From: Tubulanus polymorphus
Taxonomy: Eukaryota > Animalia > Nemertea
Reading direction: 5' to 3'
Assembly: GCF_964204645.1 (NCBI RefSeq)
Contig: NC_134028.1
Span: forward strand, 16,747,653 to 16,811,652
Length of the DNA: 64,000 nucleotides
The notes under the pieces are model-generated. The model was given only the letters and a program-made list of their open reading frames with translations, searched no databases and had not been told where the DNA came from. The translations under genes were made by a program, and so were the position numbers. The stretch's first letter is position 1. Each line of letters opens with the position of its first letter. Positions 26,452 through 37,779 of this stretch are shown here, one piece after another.

Positions 26452-27903
26452 TTATTTATTTTTGATCATGTTTACTAACCCAAAAATAATAGCACTTACA
26501 ACTGTAATTAAAAATAAAATAATATGTTCAGCAGCAAAGTTAATAATGTTTCCTGCAGATTTCAATATAAAACCAACAATTGATGCAATAATTCCTGGTA
26601 ATGCTGCAGCAGATTTTTTAGATAGTTCCCATAAATATTTTGCTAATTTCTTTAAACCATCCTTAACTTTATCTTGTATAGAATTATTATCATTCGGGGG
26701 TTTATCTGGGTTATTGGGAGTAGGAGTAGATTTCAAAGCATTTGATATTGCTAAACCAATTGTTGTAAATACCATAGTTACAGCTGTTAGAATTGAAAGA
26801 ATTGTAATACCTTCTAACTTAAATAATCTTATTCTATCTTTCAATGATATTTTAGAATTTGGTTTAATCAACAAATCTTTAAAAACATCTTTTAATCTTT
26901 TAAAATTATAACCAAATTCTTTTAATAATATATCTCTTTCACCTTTCAGTACTTCTAAATTATCTTTTAAATTATTAATTTCTTTTTATAAACCTAATTC
27001 TTTTTGCCTATATTCTATTTTATCAATTGCTTGATGGTCTAAATCAGACTTTAATTTTTCTATTTCTTTATTTTTATCAGTTAATTCTTTTTCTAAATTG
27101 TTAATTTTAATATCTCTTATACTTTTTTCATTCGCAATTTTATCAGCCGATTCTTGCATACCTTTAATTTCTCTACGTGTTTGTTCAGGATATAATTCTA
27201 ATTCATCATCAGTTAAATCAAGTAATCCCTTCGGTAAAAGTTTTTCAGTTTGAACTTCGTTTGATTTAGGTTTACTAGTTTTGGAAGTTTTATTCTGTTC
27301 AGAAGTTGTTTCTGTTTCTGGATTATCATCGATTATTTTAAATAAGTCATCAATTCTTTGACTAAATACTCTTATATTATCATCTCTTTCTTCTTGTGTA
27401 ACATTGGTTATTTCATTACTAATACTTATTCTCTTAATTTAATCTGGACCTAATTTTCTCAAAGTTGATTCCGCTAATATTTTATTTAGTTTTGTTCTTT
27501 GATCAGTGATATCAATATAATAATCACCATCCAAACGATAATAATATTTACCTTTAAAAAGTTTTAATTTTTGTACTAAAAGTCTGGCGCCTCTATCATT
27601 TATATTATATCCAGATTCTTTAAATACACGTTGAAAATCATACATAAAATCAATATTTTCAATATCTTCCTTTGATAAACCTGGGTCTAAATTTTCAGTA
27701 GGTATTCTCGATCTAGTTCTTCTATCAAATTCATCTGTTGATGGGGCTTTAGAACCACTATCTGCTAAATTAGAATTATATGTTGTATCATTATCATTAT
27801 CAATATTAGTATCAGCAGTCATATAATCATCATTGTTAGTATTGGCATCATCATTATTTCCCATGCCTTCCATTTCATAATCTTCTCCACCTTTTACATC
27901 CAT
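26452..27903 (-). pseudogene. Acidic/coiled-coil protein with C-terminal transmembrane helices, fragmented
   Basis: The ORF pieces at 27439-27903 and 26452-26874 share one TAAATG start. LKDRIRLFKLEGITILSILTA...AALPGIIASIVGFILK is followed by a hydrophobic tail. Confidence 0.65.
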
Positions 27904-27918
27904 TTACATAACAAAAAA

Positions 27919-29123
27919 TTAAAATCTAAAATATAATATTCCTCCGATTACAATTCCTATACAAGTTAAAGCTAATTTAGCATTTTCATGGGATTTATTA
28001 TCATCATTTAGTTTAATTATTTCATGTTGAATATTATCAGTTTTTATATCTTCTGATGTATTGTAATCTTTTATTTTAGAATCATTATTTAATTTAATAT
28101 TATTAGTTTTAGTTTCAGTTGATTGAATGTGCTTTTTATTTTTTTCACCTTCCATTAATTTTGGAGCAGTAATAATCTTTTTATTTATATCATTTAAACC
28201 AAATGAATTATTCATTGTTGCTATCTGATATCTTACAATTTTTTCTGGAATCGATCTATTTTTATCATTATGAATTGAATCTTCAAATAATACTTTGAAT
28301 TGTTTCTGCGCATCGAATGAAGTGTTATCATTTCCAATTATTGGGGATCTTGTTTCAACTTGCGCGCCTAAAATACATATCAAATAAGTTCTAATTGATT
28401 GATTTATTCTTTGTATTCCAGCTTTAGTAAAACCTTCACTATTTTCTAAAATGAAATTAACCCAACCATTATTATTTTGTTGTTTATATTATTATAATAT
28501 TTTGGTAATTCATTCCAATTTAGTGTTCTTATATCTGAATTTGTCATTATTTTTCCAAATTCTTTAGTATACAATATTCCTAATCCACCCATTGTTCCAA
28601 TTTTTGCTCTAAAATCTTTATTTGAATTAATATCAAATTCATTACATATTTTATAAAACTTAGAAAAATTAATATTATTATTCAATTCTTTAAAATATTT
28701 TGAACCTGGTAAAGGACATTCTAATTCATCTAATATTAATTTTATTTAAAAATATGTATGAAATCTAAAAAGTGATAACATCAATGGTAAACTTGGTTTG
28801 TTTAAATGATCATTCCAGCTAATTCCACATCCTGTTGTTGCGCAATAAACAGCAAAATTTAATTGGTTCTGCCAATACTTCATATTAGATTTTAATAACC
28901 ATTGTTTTGCCTCATTTAAATTTTTGAAATTAATTGTATACACATGAAATATATTTTCCATCTTTACATGAAAATTATTACTTTCAGTAACATAAATATA
29001 TAAATCAATTAGTGAATTTAAAACTTCATTTCTGTATGTAATATCTTTATTAAAATCTATTGCAGGAATATTATATTTAATTGATTTATTATATAAGAAA
29101 GCTTTTGGAAAACTATCTGCCAT
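27919..29123 (-). pseudogene. Conserved Polinton protein of unknown function with C-terminal TM anchor, frameshifted
   Basis: WQNQLNFAVYCATTGCGIS and ILGAQVETRSPI. Three ORF pieces share one TAAATG start. Confidence 0.65.
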
Positions 29124-29139
29124 TTATATAACTAAAAAA

Positions 29140-29574
29140 TTAATAATTTATTAATTCTTTTAATAATTTATCTTGTTCTTCAACTGTTATATAGCCATTT
29201 AAACTTATTATATAATCTAGTGTATTCTTTAATTTATTAATTTCTTTTATATTAGTTTTAATTTTTTCTTTATTACTTTTTATATTTAATTTTGAACTTA
29301 TACTAGTTAATACACTTGAACTTAATCCTAATACACCAATTGATATAGCTAAAGGTGTTAATGGACTGAATATTGCTAGAAATGTTATTACAGAACTAAT
29401 TGTAACCGAACCACTTATAATCAAATAATATATAATTTTACTTTTTAAATATTTTTTCTTTTTTATCTTTAAGTCACTTTCAAATTCTAATATTTGTTTT
29501 TCTAAATATGTTTTTAATTTAGTTTTATTTATATCATGAGGAATAATATCAATATTATCAACTTTATCTTCCAT
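29140..29574 (-). CDS. Two-TM membrane protein
   Basis: Hydrophobic hairpin IIYYLIISGSVTISSVITFLAIFSPLTPLAISIGVLGLSSSVL flanked by basic/coiled regions. Confidence 0.75.
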   Translation of the reverse strand: MEDKVDNIDIIPHDINKTKLKTYLEKQILEFESDLKIKKKKYLKSKIIYYLIISGSVTISSVITFLAIFSPLTPLAISIGVLGLSSSVLTSISSKLNIKSNKEKIKTNIKEINKLKNTLDYIISLNGYITVEEQDKLLKELINY

Positions 29575-29590
29575 TTATTTAGCAAAAAAA

Positions 29591-30016
29591 TTACTTATTA
29601 GTAAACTTATAAGCAACAAATATAACAATAACTGTTCCACTTAAAATCCATATTATTTCATATTTCTGCTGTTCTTTACTTGGGGTATAATAATCTGATA
29701 ATTTAGGTTTGTATGGATGTAATTTTTCTTTATTTGTTACCGCGTTATATAAACTCATTGCATCATCAACTGATTGAAAATCTCTATGTGAAATCTTCTG
29801 ATCATATAATTCTTTGTTAATATAATCCATATAGTTTTGTCGTTTTTCTCTATATTCTTCTGCTGCTTTATTGTATATCTCTAATGCTAAGTTATGTCTT
29901 TTTTGTTCTGTTAATGAACCATTTCTATCAATATGCTTGAATAAATAACCACCACCAGTAAATGCTAAAGCGTTAACAATTGCCGATCCTATGATAGTTA
30001 TAATTGCAGAAGCCAT
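29591..30016 (-). CDS. Small protein with N-terminal hydrophobic/amphipathic helix and C-terminal TM
   Basis: MASAIITIIGSAIVNALAFTGGGYLF...EQKRHNLALE...PKLSDYYTPS..Q..YEIIWIL. Confidence 0.75.
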   Translation of the reverse strand: MASAIITIIGSAIVNALAFTGGGYLFKHIDRNGSLTEQKRHNLALEIYNKAAEEYREKRQNYMDYINKELYDQKISHRDFQSVDDAMSLYNAVTNKEKLHPYKPKLSDYYTPSKEQQKYEIIWILSGTVIVIFVAYKFTNK

Positions 30017-30040
30017 TTATTTAGTAAAATAATTACGCAT

Positions 30041-30263
30041 TTATATGGGAGGAATATATTTTTGTTTTTCCAAATAATCAATAGTTAAATTAGATAAAGT
30101 AACTGCTAACGTTAATTTTAAAATATCATTTATATCAAATCTATCAACATTAACACTTCCCCTTTTAAATACTTTTTTTAATACCATTGAATAACCAACA
30201 GTTCCAACTGATAGTAATGCGCCATTATATAATCCAGTTATTATCCACTTATTAATCACTCAT
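30041..30263 (-). CDS. Small hydrophobic protein (true ATG probably 30263, 1-nt shift)
   Basis: TAAATG overlaps the stop of the upstream ORF; LYNGALLSVGTVGYSMVLKK. Confidence 0.55.
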
Positions 30264-30605
30264 TTATTTATCAAAAAAATTACTATCTTCAAAATATTTA
30301 GTTAACTTATTTATGATTATTTCAACATTTATTTCATTACTACTTTTATGATTATCACATATTTTGGTTAATATGTTTTTAATATCATCAATAATTCCAT
30401 CTTCATTTAATTCATAATATTCTAAAGGTGATTTAATTAAATCAATTACTTTTTCTATATTATAATTTTCTTTATTAATCATTGATGCATTGTTAAATGA
30501 TTTACTTTTTATATCAGTAATTACATCATTTAGTTTAATTCTCATTTCTTTACCATGTTTAAAATCAAACCCAAAACATATACTCGGTCCAACAGTTATA
30601 TTCAT
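30264..30605 (-). CDS. Hypothetical protein (113 aa)
   Basis: Intact ORF with T7-N7-TAAATG start. Confidence 0.6.
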   Translation of the reverse strand: MNITVGPSICFGFDFKHGKEMRIKLNDVITDIKSKSFNNASMINKENYNIEKVIDLIKSPLEYYELNEDGIIDDIKNILTKICDNHKSSNEINVEIIINKLTKYFEDSNFFDK

Positions 30606-30622
30606 TTATATAGTGAAAAAAA

Positions 30623-31382
30623 TTACTCTTTACATCTTATAACTAATTCATAAATTACAGGAAAGTTATTCAAATCAATTAAATATCCATTGTGATTTCT
30701 AATTTCTAATCTAAAATTATTAAAACGAGGAATGCATGGTTTGAAATCACATTCTGTTAAATTATAATTTATTTGCGTTCCAAATTCTTTAACATTCTTC
30801 AATGGTAAAATGTTTAGTAAACCAGAATTACAAGTTATATCTTTAGTTGCTTCGAATATTTTGTAGGATCGATTAAATTGCAATAAATATAAAAATGCGT
30901 GTAAGGTATTAAGTTTGGTGTAGCAACATCAATATTTGTAAAAGATCTATCTGGAAGAATTCCTAACAGTTTAGCTATAGGTTTTTTTACCATAAATTTA
31001 TGTTTTTCACTATTAGACAACCTTATCTTTATTCTATCAGAACTATCACTTTTTAAAATCTAATACTAAACCCAGAACTACTACCTAATTTGTGCCAGGC
31101 TTTTCTATTAATTTCTTGTGCTAATGTATCTAAATTATATAACCCCGGTGTTAAATATATATAGACCCATGAATCTATGTGTCTATTAAAAACTAAAAAG
31201 GCTCTATGTTCAATAGTTTTATTCGATATATTATAAAAAGAATTACATAAACTTATATTAACTAATTTTAAATCAACACAATTCTTGAATTCTCTATCTA
31301 ATTGTACTAGTAAATTATGTGATTTATAATTAGTAAGTCTTCTAGAATCAACAAATATTCTGTATTCTTTTAATTCTACCAT
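30623..31382 (-). pseudogene. Minor capsid (penton-like) protein, frameshifted
   Basis: LVNISLCNSFYNIS, LTPGLYNLDTL, IYCNLID and LEIRNHNGYLIDLNNFPVIYEL follow the single jelly-roll penton pattern of Polintons/PLVs. Confidence 0.7.
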
Positions 31383-31396
31383 TTATTTTACATATT

Positions 31397-31750
31397 TTAT
31401 TCGAAATCTATTTCATGGTGCCCTTTTTCATTCTTACCTTTGTATACGAAATAGAAATCACCAGAACATAATTCTTCTAGATCTTCACTTGATAATCTAT
31501 GAAATCTATCCGGTAAATATGTTCTGAATTTATATGTATTTCCTTTTAATCCTTCATATTCTAAGTGTATAACTAATTTATCTCCATAGTTATTAGTAAA
31601 TGTAACAATATCTGTAATTAGATATTTCTTATGGATTGTTAATTCTGTTAACTTTTTGAATTTATAATCTACAGATTTTACATTTGTAGTATCTTTTATT
31701 CTATATAGAAATAATTTGTTGTTCTCACTGTGTGTTTGTTTACTCTCCAT
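31397..31750 (-). CDS. Small protein downstream of pPolB, possibly OB-fold ssDNA-binding
   Basis: FKKLTEL..KKYLI....TNNYGDKLVIHL...TYLPDRF...FVYKG; function inferred. Confidence 0.55.
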   Translation of the reverse strand: MESKQTHSENNKLFLYRIKDTTNVKSVDYKFKKLTELTIHKKYLITDIVTFTNNYGDKLVIHLEYEGLKGNTYKFRTYLPDRFHRLSSEDLEELCSGDFYFVYKGKNEKGHHEIDFE

Positions 31751-31779
31751 TTATAATACATATTTTTATTAAAATTTGA

Positions 31780-34700
31780 TTAACACGTTAGAATTCTTTT
31801 CATTATCTCGTTCTCTTTTGTTTCTTCTCTTTTAAATTTTAAGTATTCATATAAATTACAACCATAAGCAACTGTAGGAATTCCATCATCTAAAATATAT
31901 CTTTTATCATCAAATGGGTTTGGACTTATCTTTTCAATTTTTTCAATAAACATTTCATGATCTTCAGATCTTAAACATCTCATTTTATGTTTTCTAACTT
32001 CTTCATTGAATATACAATTGATGTAATCTTTGAAATGAATATTCTTTTCTACTACACTTTTGGTTATTCCTTTTAACTTTTTAGCTTCGTGGTCTTAAGT
32101 TTTATATGAATACATTTTAGATCTAATACCAATGAATTCAATCATTTCTTCACCGCCTAATTCATCTTTGAATTTACCGGGAACTTTTTTATTATCATTG
32201 CTAAACAATTCATGATTTTTAGGATAATTTCTAAAATCAAAATGATGTTTTAATGTTTTTAAATCATCTGTTATGTTATCAGTTTTTATCTTTAATATGT
32301 AACTGTCGGTATCAAAATATAATATTTCTATATGTTTTTCTCCAAAAAGTGGTTGTAATACATTATAATAGAATTCATACATTAGTAATTTTGATAATTC
32401 TAAAACTGAAGCGCCAACATAGATTGGTTTATTAAATTTCATTGATGTTCTTCTCATTTTAACTGCAGCTAAATTTTCATCAAATATTCTGTTACCAATG
32501 AACTTAGGATATGATTGTAAATGTCTAATTCTTTTACCATTACTAACTAACTCAATATCATTTCTATTTCTAATATTTTCACAAGTCTTACCATAGAATG
32601 CATTATTCATTAACTTGAAGAAATCTTTTTCGAAATCAGTTTGAGCTTTAGTTCTCTGTTTGGCGTTAAATTCTATATACTTTTCTAACCACTTAGATTG
32701 GCTGAATGAAATATATCTATGTACTTTTTTTAGAATTATTCCTTGTTTTAGATAAAACTTTAACATTCTATAATGTACTACATAATTATATTTATCTTCC
32801 TGAGTTACCATTATCTTTTCTGTATGAATATGATTTTCGGGTTTAATCTTTTTTGATAATTTGATAATTCTTCATGAGTTACAGTTTTATGTTCGGGACA
32901 GTAAGCTAGATTTCTAGATTTAAATTTAATATGTTCAGGATATTCTAAATCTACAACAAAGAAGTAACCAGTATCTGAATCATCTGCAATATCTAGAATT
33001 CTTTTCTTCCAATCAAATTTATCATTATTTTCATTCTGTAAAACTTCAGTTAATTCAAATACTCCATAAGGTTGTGGTTCCATCATTGCCCAACCATACA
33101 AATTATTTGCATCTATATATAATAACTTATATCCAGGGTTATCATTTACATTGAAATATCTATCACCTAATACACCTGAAACACCTCCTCTTATAGATTT
33201 TTCAAATAATAATAATTGATCTATTTTTGTTGACAAATCCATTTTTATATCTGTAAATTTTAAGCCACAATCCCATGTTAAACCTGGTGATGAATAACAA
33301 TGACAAGGATCAATATTAAAATATTTTAGGTTTACATCACTAAACCTTTCGAATATATCCGATAATAATAATACATCTGATTTTAAATATAAATCTACTA
33401 ATTGCCCATGATTTTCTATTTTGAAATGATTCCAAATATTCAATGTTCTATTATATACTTCATCTTTAACATATTCATTTTTTAATTCATCATAAAATTG
33501 TTCTTTTAATAATTCAGTTATATTGAAATCATTATGTGATTTATAAAATGAATGTGGAATTGCTCCTTTATATCTCATTAATTGAAAATCATCATTATTT
33601 GGGTAATATTCTTTTAATATCTTTAATTCATCATCAACTAATGATTTTGATAAGTAATCTAATGAACTATTTAAAAATCTATATGAATCTATAAATCTTA
33701 GGCAACCAAATTGGAATGATATATAATTCTCAGATGTTTTAGCTAACATTCTAAATTTATAAGTTGGTATTTTATCTTTTGATCTATTTGAATTTAATCG
33801 TTCTATTTCATTATTAATTTCTTCTATTTTATGGCATAACTGTTTGATGAATAAATGTGCATCATATCCTGATAGATTATGAAATATAACTGGTACAAAA
33901 TTGATTTTCTTAGCTTGTAAGTTACAATTATCATGTGTAGCAGCGCCTCTAAACTTTCCGTTCAAATGATTATGGTCTCTTACTTTTTTATCTTTAAAAT
34001 TAAATATCTTTTCACAATAATAACATTTATCTGCAAACGCAAATTCTTCTTTATCTTCTTCTGTCATTATAATTTCTATATTTGTATTCAATAATTTACT
34101 AAATCTTATTTCATATTCAATTAATAAGTCACAAAAATGATTGATAACATTTTCATTTCTATAATCATAAAATTCACTTTCAATTAGTTCTGGATAATCA
34201 GATTTTATACATAACCCGAAAGCAGCAGCTGATTGATGAATCTTTTTAATAGTATTTGTTTTTGGTGGTTCTTCAGAATAATCATTTTCATTAGAATTTA
34301 ATTTCTTTCTCTTATAATATATTTCTTTTCTATCTTGATCAGTTATTTCTTTATTTAATGATTCAAAATCTCCATATATTACAAATGGTACTTTATTTTT
34401 GTAATCATATTTTTTGAATTCTAATATTTTATCCTTTTCATTTGGTAAAACTAATTTACAATAATCATGATTTTCACATAATTGTTTATGATTTAATAAT
34501 GTACTTTCATTACTGAATCTATGTAAACATTTTCTACAAAGATATATTTTATGGTGATCATTTTCTGATTTAAAAAATAAATCGATTTGTTTAATCCACA
34601 TATAATGATTCTCATAATATAGTATATCTATTACATCATTTGAATCATAATCTTTTGATAGATATAAAGGTTCTAATGTATAATGTTTTATATTGTTACC

Positions 34701-35806
34701 TTTTGTATTTGGTAATTTGATTAAATCAAATACATTTATTCTTAAATTATTATCTCTTTCTATCTTTGGGACGTTTTTAATTCTAACAGGATACTTATCT
34801 ATCTTATAATTATTTTCAAATGGTTTATAATGAGTTAATCTAAAACTATGTTGTTTATAATCTTCAACTGGGTGTAAACAACTTATTATAGCCCATAGAA
34901 AACATTTATCATCATCATTTTGTACATTTATTACAGCATTAGTTTTAAATGGTAGTTTAATATAACTCGATGCTTCAATATCTGGTTCTTTATAATATGA
35001 TACATTATTTTCATCTATAGGTTTTGATTTTGTTAACTAATTATATTTTGTGTTAAACATGTAAAGTCATAAATATTATTTCATCAAATATTAAACCAGA
35101 TCCTTCAAAATATTTCTCTTCTATTTTAGTTTTTACTTCATTATAACATTTATCTAATTTATCATCTATATGTTGTTTATATATAATATGTTGTGAATGA
35201 GAATTTATATTATATATTGGTTTATCTTCAGATTTTATAAACTTTACTTTAGAAGATATACTAATTTTAATTACTTATTTTTATTATTTCTTTCATATTT
35301 TCTAAATGTTTTTTATTTTCTTCTAATGTTTTTCCTTTATGAAATTTAAACTCGATAGCTGTTGGACCAATATCACTTTTAAATGCTTCGGTTATCTCTA
35401 TATCTTTTTTATTATCTAATGAATTAATATATTTTCTTACATCTTCCATGTACGGTCTTTTATTGTTTAATTTATTTTTTATGCTTTTAATTGTCTTCTG
35501 TTTCTTATCATTATCTTTATCAAAATAATCTTCACCTAAAATATCATTATTCATATTTCTAATATGACTTTTAGATTTTAAATGTTCTTTATAATATCTT
35601 TTATCACTGAATGATTGATTACATGTATCACATTTGTATGTTTCTTTTTCATTCTTTAATTCATCTAATTTAGTTTCTAATATATCATCTTCATATTCTA
35701 ATTTCAATTTATTCTCTAAATGTGTTTTAGTTTTATTGTGTCTTGCTTTTTGGGATTTATCTATATTGATATCACATGTTGGGCAGTAGTACTTATTTGC
35801 TTCCAT
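31780..35806 (-). pseudogene. Protein-primed family B DNA polymerase with N-terminal C2H2 fingers and endonuclease VII-like insert; several frameshifts/stops
   Basis: Exo motifs VIYGDFES, FHNLSGYDAH and YLKSDVLLL. Pol motifs YIDANNLYG, KLMNNAFYGK and YFDTDS. CYYC...VRDHNHLNGKFRGAA.H.NCN is EndoVII-like. KCFLWAI..CLHP lies at ~34880. Confidence 0.95.
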
Positions 35807-35861
35807 TTTAATACTAAATTTTTTATTAAAATTGATTTTAGAAGTTCAATGATTTATATCA

Positions 35862-36426
35862 TGTATTATTTCAATCACACTTTACTAACTAACACTTTTA
35901 ATGTTTAAAAATCTAACTCACACAAATATGAATATTGAAATAATGTTGTAAATATATACTTTTATATTGAATAATCTGTCAATTTAAATGATATTCATGT
36001 ACATGATTATTTTAAGAGTAATAGGGGTAATGGGCTTTCAGGTTAAAGGTTGAATGGTCAAGTTCATTAAAAACAAATATTAAAAGTAATTTAAAACTAT
36101 AATATATTTTCATAACCGTGTGTATTTCAGTTGAATAATAGAATAATTATTATTATTAAAATATATTTGATTATATGAATTTGTGTATTGTAAATAAATC
36201 AATTGGTCGCGGAGCGGAGCGGTAGCGAAGTGGAGCGACCAATTGATTTAATACAATATGGTTTTTAAATTCAAATTATTGATATCTTAGAATAAATATT
36301 TAGTTATAATATAAAATGCACACGGTTATGAAAATATATTATAGTTTTAAATTACTTTTAATGTTTTGTTTTTTAATGAGCTCGACCGTTCGACCTTTGG
36401 CTTGAAAGCCCATTACCCCTATTACT
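35862..36426 (-). repeat. Right TIR of Polinton; fold-back at 36017-36426
   Basis: Reverse complement of the left TIR with scattered substitutions. Confidence 0.95.
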
Positions 36427-37779
36427 TTGTCCTGTCCGATTTGGTTTCATCCAATTGAGAGACTGCCTTTTCCAGTTAGGGCATTTTTGGATCACGTCAC
36501 TCCAGGAAATGACTTAACGCTTTTGGGCCCCTTCGTCGGTTCCACATGTTTCATTTGAGCTATAGACTACAATGGTGACACCATGATGGTCAGTAACTGA
36601 CCAATTGAGATATCCCCGAGTCTGAACACTTGACTTCGAATTTCGGAAATTTATCATGTAATGTTTGTTTTCAAACTACTAAGGAATCATCTTTGCAAAT
36701 TCATCACTGACCATCACTGACCACCAATGACCAATAGAGAATTTCGTTATCTCTTACGCCATTTTTCTCGGGGTTGCCAATGACCACTAGATGGCGCTTA
36801 ATGATCACCTAGTAAAAGACGATTGAATCTTCATCTACGACTTAATGATCATTTGAGGTAAGTATCGAGCAACTGATTTATAATCAGTGTGTTATTATCA
36901 TTCTTAGGGTGCTATAGACTTACCTTATCGCATCCGTAGGCCTGAGAAATATCCTATTGTTTCGCGAAATGTGCGTATATTTCGAGCGGCTGCCAACCAT
37001 TTTAGTTCAAAGTTCATATGCAGTGGCGCTCCTAGGAGAGTGACTATGGGAAGCCGTAAAGGCCAAAATATATTTAATTCAATTTAACTTTACTGTTATT
37101 TTTCAAGACCCGAATGTAATCAAATAAATTACTGAAATAACAATGAAACATATGGCTAAGAGCCATGGCTCAATAGATTAGGGCTACAAAAGATACCACA
37201 AGTCTCTGATCTAACGTCCCAGCGGGGTCAGTTTTAACTGCCGGGTACCGGTACCACAGTTCTATTTTACGATGTCGTCACTGGGTATTCAACCAGCCAT
37301 TTCCAAGAGAGAGAATTAGGAACTTTTGAATCATGACTGATTTTAGATTAATCTGAACTTATAGTTTGAGCAAGGCAATACGAGCCGGATCCGGGGTAGA
37401 CATACGTGTACGGTACATGTATCAAACAGGGGATTCCTTATGGCCATAAAACCAAACAAATGTGTTGAAAATAAAAATGTTTTATTATTTAATTAAGGTT
37501 AAGGAAACCAAATCCTTTGAAAACCAATTTCAACGCTAAAATTTATAATTCGATATACAATTCACAGCTAATAAATATTTACAGTAGGGCCTAACAGTTA
37601 ATAGGCCAGGCCTAATTAATAAGCCTATTCGAAATAAAGTTATTATTTATTATTAAATAACTTTATTTTAGGTAGAATTAAATTAACACAGTTTATCATA
37701 TCATTATTCGTAGTAATTATTGAATTAGTACACACAGATATTGTTTCAAAAATTAATTAATAACAACATGATCCTTAAT

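Larger units (their letters stand above)
18527..36426. mobile_element. Polinton/Maverick (polintovirus/adintovirus-like) endogenous element, 17.9 kb, complete but decaying
   Basis: Termini are AGTAA...TTACT with ~560-bp TIRs. The TSD TTGTC (18522-18526/36427-36431) is verified against the empty site at ~10770. pPolB, integrase, ATPase and capsid genes are present. Confidence 0.97.
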
